Below are positions 63,469 through 64,000 of a DNA stretch of 64,000 bases, piece after piece. Each line of letters starts with the position of its first letter. Position 1 is the first letter of the stretch. This DNA comes from an uncultured Actinomycetes bacterium (GTDB lineage: Bacteria > Actinomycetota > Thermoleophilia > Gaiellales > JAICJC01): NCBI GenBank assembly GCA_963703275.1, contig OY969804.1, positions 2,963,154 to 3,027,153 on the forward strand. Direction: 5' to 3'. The notes beneath the pieces are model-generated. The model searched no databases, was not told the origin of the DNA, and was given only the letters and a program-made list of their open reading frames with translations. The translations under genes and the position numbers were made by a program.

Positions 63469-64000
63469 TCACTCGTAGGTATCCACCTCGAAGTGCGTGA
63501 ATCCCGAGTCGGCGTTGGTGTCCCCGACGCCGAAGTTGAACCCGATGCCCGGACTGCCCGACGTATAGACGTCATCCGTCGCTGACATCACCTCGACGCC
63601 GTTGATGAAGCTTCTGATGACGTTCCCGACGACCGTTGCCTCGACCACGTCGCCGGCCTTGACGCCGTATTCGGGCCCGATCTTCTTCGCCAGCGAGGTG
63701 AAGTCACCGATCTTGCCGTTCCAGCGCACGATCTCGGCATAGGCGGCGTCGGACTTGAGACATCTCCAGAAGACCTCATACCCGTTGCAGACATGGGGCG
63801 TGATCGTGCTGCGCAGCCGCAGCTCGACCTCCTGGAACAACTCCTCGGTCTGGTTGCGGCTGAAGACGGTGCCCTTCGCGTGCTGGTTTGGCCCCCACTC
63901 GCCCGTGAGCACCGCGGTGGGATCGTCGTAGTCACCGATCGGGGCGGCGTCCTCGGCGTCGGCGACATCGAGATTGCCCTGCTCGACCCGGCGCTCCGCG
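63469..64000 (-). CDS. partial ORF (C-terminal part), possible jelly-roll/LamG-like domain
   Basis: The reading frame stays open to the window edge. It ends ...GIGFNFGVGDTNADSGFTHFEVDTYE. No firm family call. Confidence 0.35.
   Translation of the reverse strand, partial: AERRVEQGNLDVADAEDAAPIGDYDDPTAVLTGEWGPNQHAKGTVFSRNQTEELFQEVELRLRSTITPHVCNGYEVFWRCLKSDAAYAEIVRWNGKIGDFTSLAKKIGPEYGVKAGDVVEATVVGNVIRSFINGVEVMSATDDVYTSGSPGIGFNFGVGDTNADSGFTHFEVDTYE

Overview
64 kb of high-GC (about 65-70% by eye) bacterial chromosome, most likely Actinomycetota. That guess rests on the gene content: an F420/Ddn-type nitroreductase, an MMPL transporter, Holin-X/DUF3618/DUF6458/DUF1206 proteins, many GTG/TTG starts and frequent 4-nt GTGA/ATGA gene overlaps. 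I support about 65 protein genes, one tRNA-Thr(GGU) and several pseudogenes or remnants. There is no rRNA, no CRISPR array and no intact mobile element. The window falls into six blocks. (1) 0.2-12.9 kb is housekeeping and accessory metabolism with efflux genes: S9 peptidase, ADH, antiporter, sthA, amidase and a MarR-MFS pair. (2) 12.96-18.0 kb is a lower-GC segment bracketed by tRNA-Thr and a decayed direct copy of the tRNA 3' half. It carries a surface-glycosylation cassette (a GT2-methyltransferase fusion, a YfhO-like remnant, a polytopic membrane protein) but no integrase. (3) 18-27 kb holds stress-type small and membrane proteins around an RsbW-STAS-RsbW partner-switching module that has no sigma factor nearby. 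(4) 27-46 kb contains a PLD enzyme, a frameshifted MMPL, tandem paralogues, a GAF-GGDEF cyclase, a secreted animal-type haem peroxidase, NDH-2, beta-propeller proteins, a TetR-MFS pair, an ABC-2 exporter and an orphan TadG-VWA protein. (5) 46.7-60.3 kb is a multi-operon enzyme cluster that I cannot match to any named pathway, and it is my best candidate for an undescribed system. Its genes are an MtnK-like kinase, a divergent enolase paralogue, an SDR, two paralogous MR/MLE enolase-superfamily enzymes, an XRE-cupin regulator, an APC permease, a metallophosphoesterase, an M24 hydrolase, a cupin and a split transketolase. (6) 60.4-64 kb contains a USP, an S4/Hsp15-like gene lacking a canonical start, a D-threonine-aldolase-like PLP enzyme and a partial ORF. 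All family calls come from motif recognition by eye and from memory. No database search was run.
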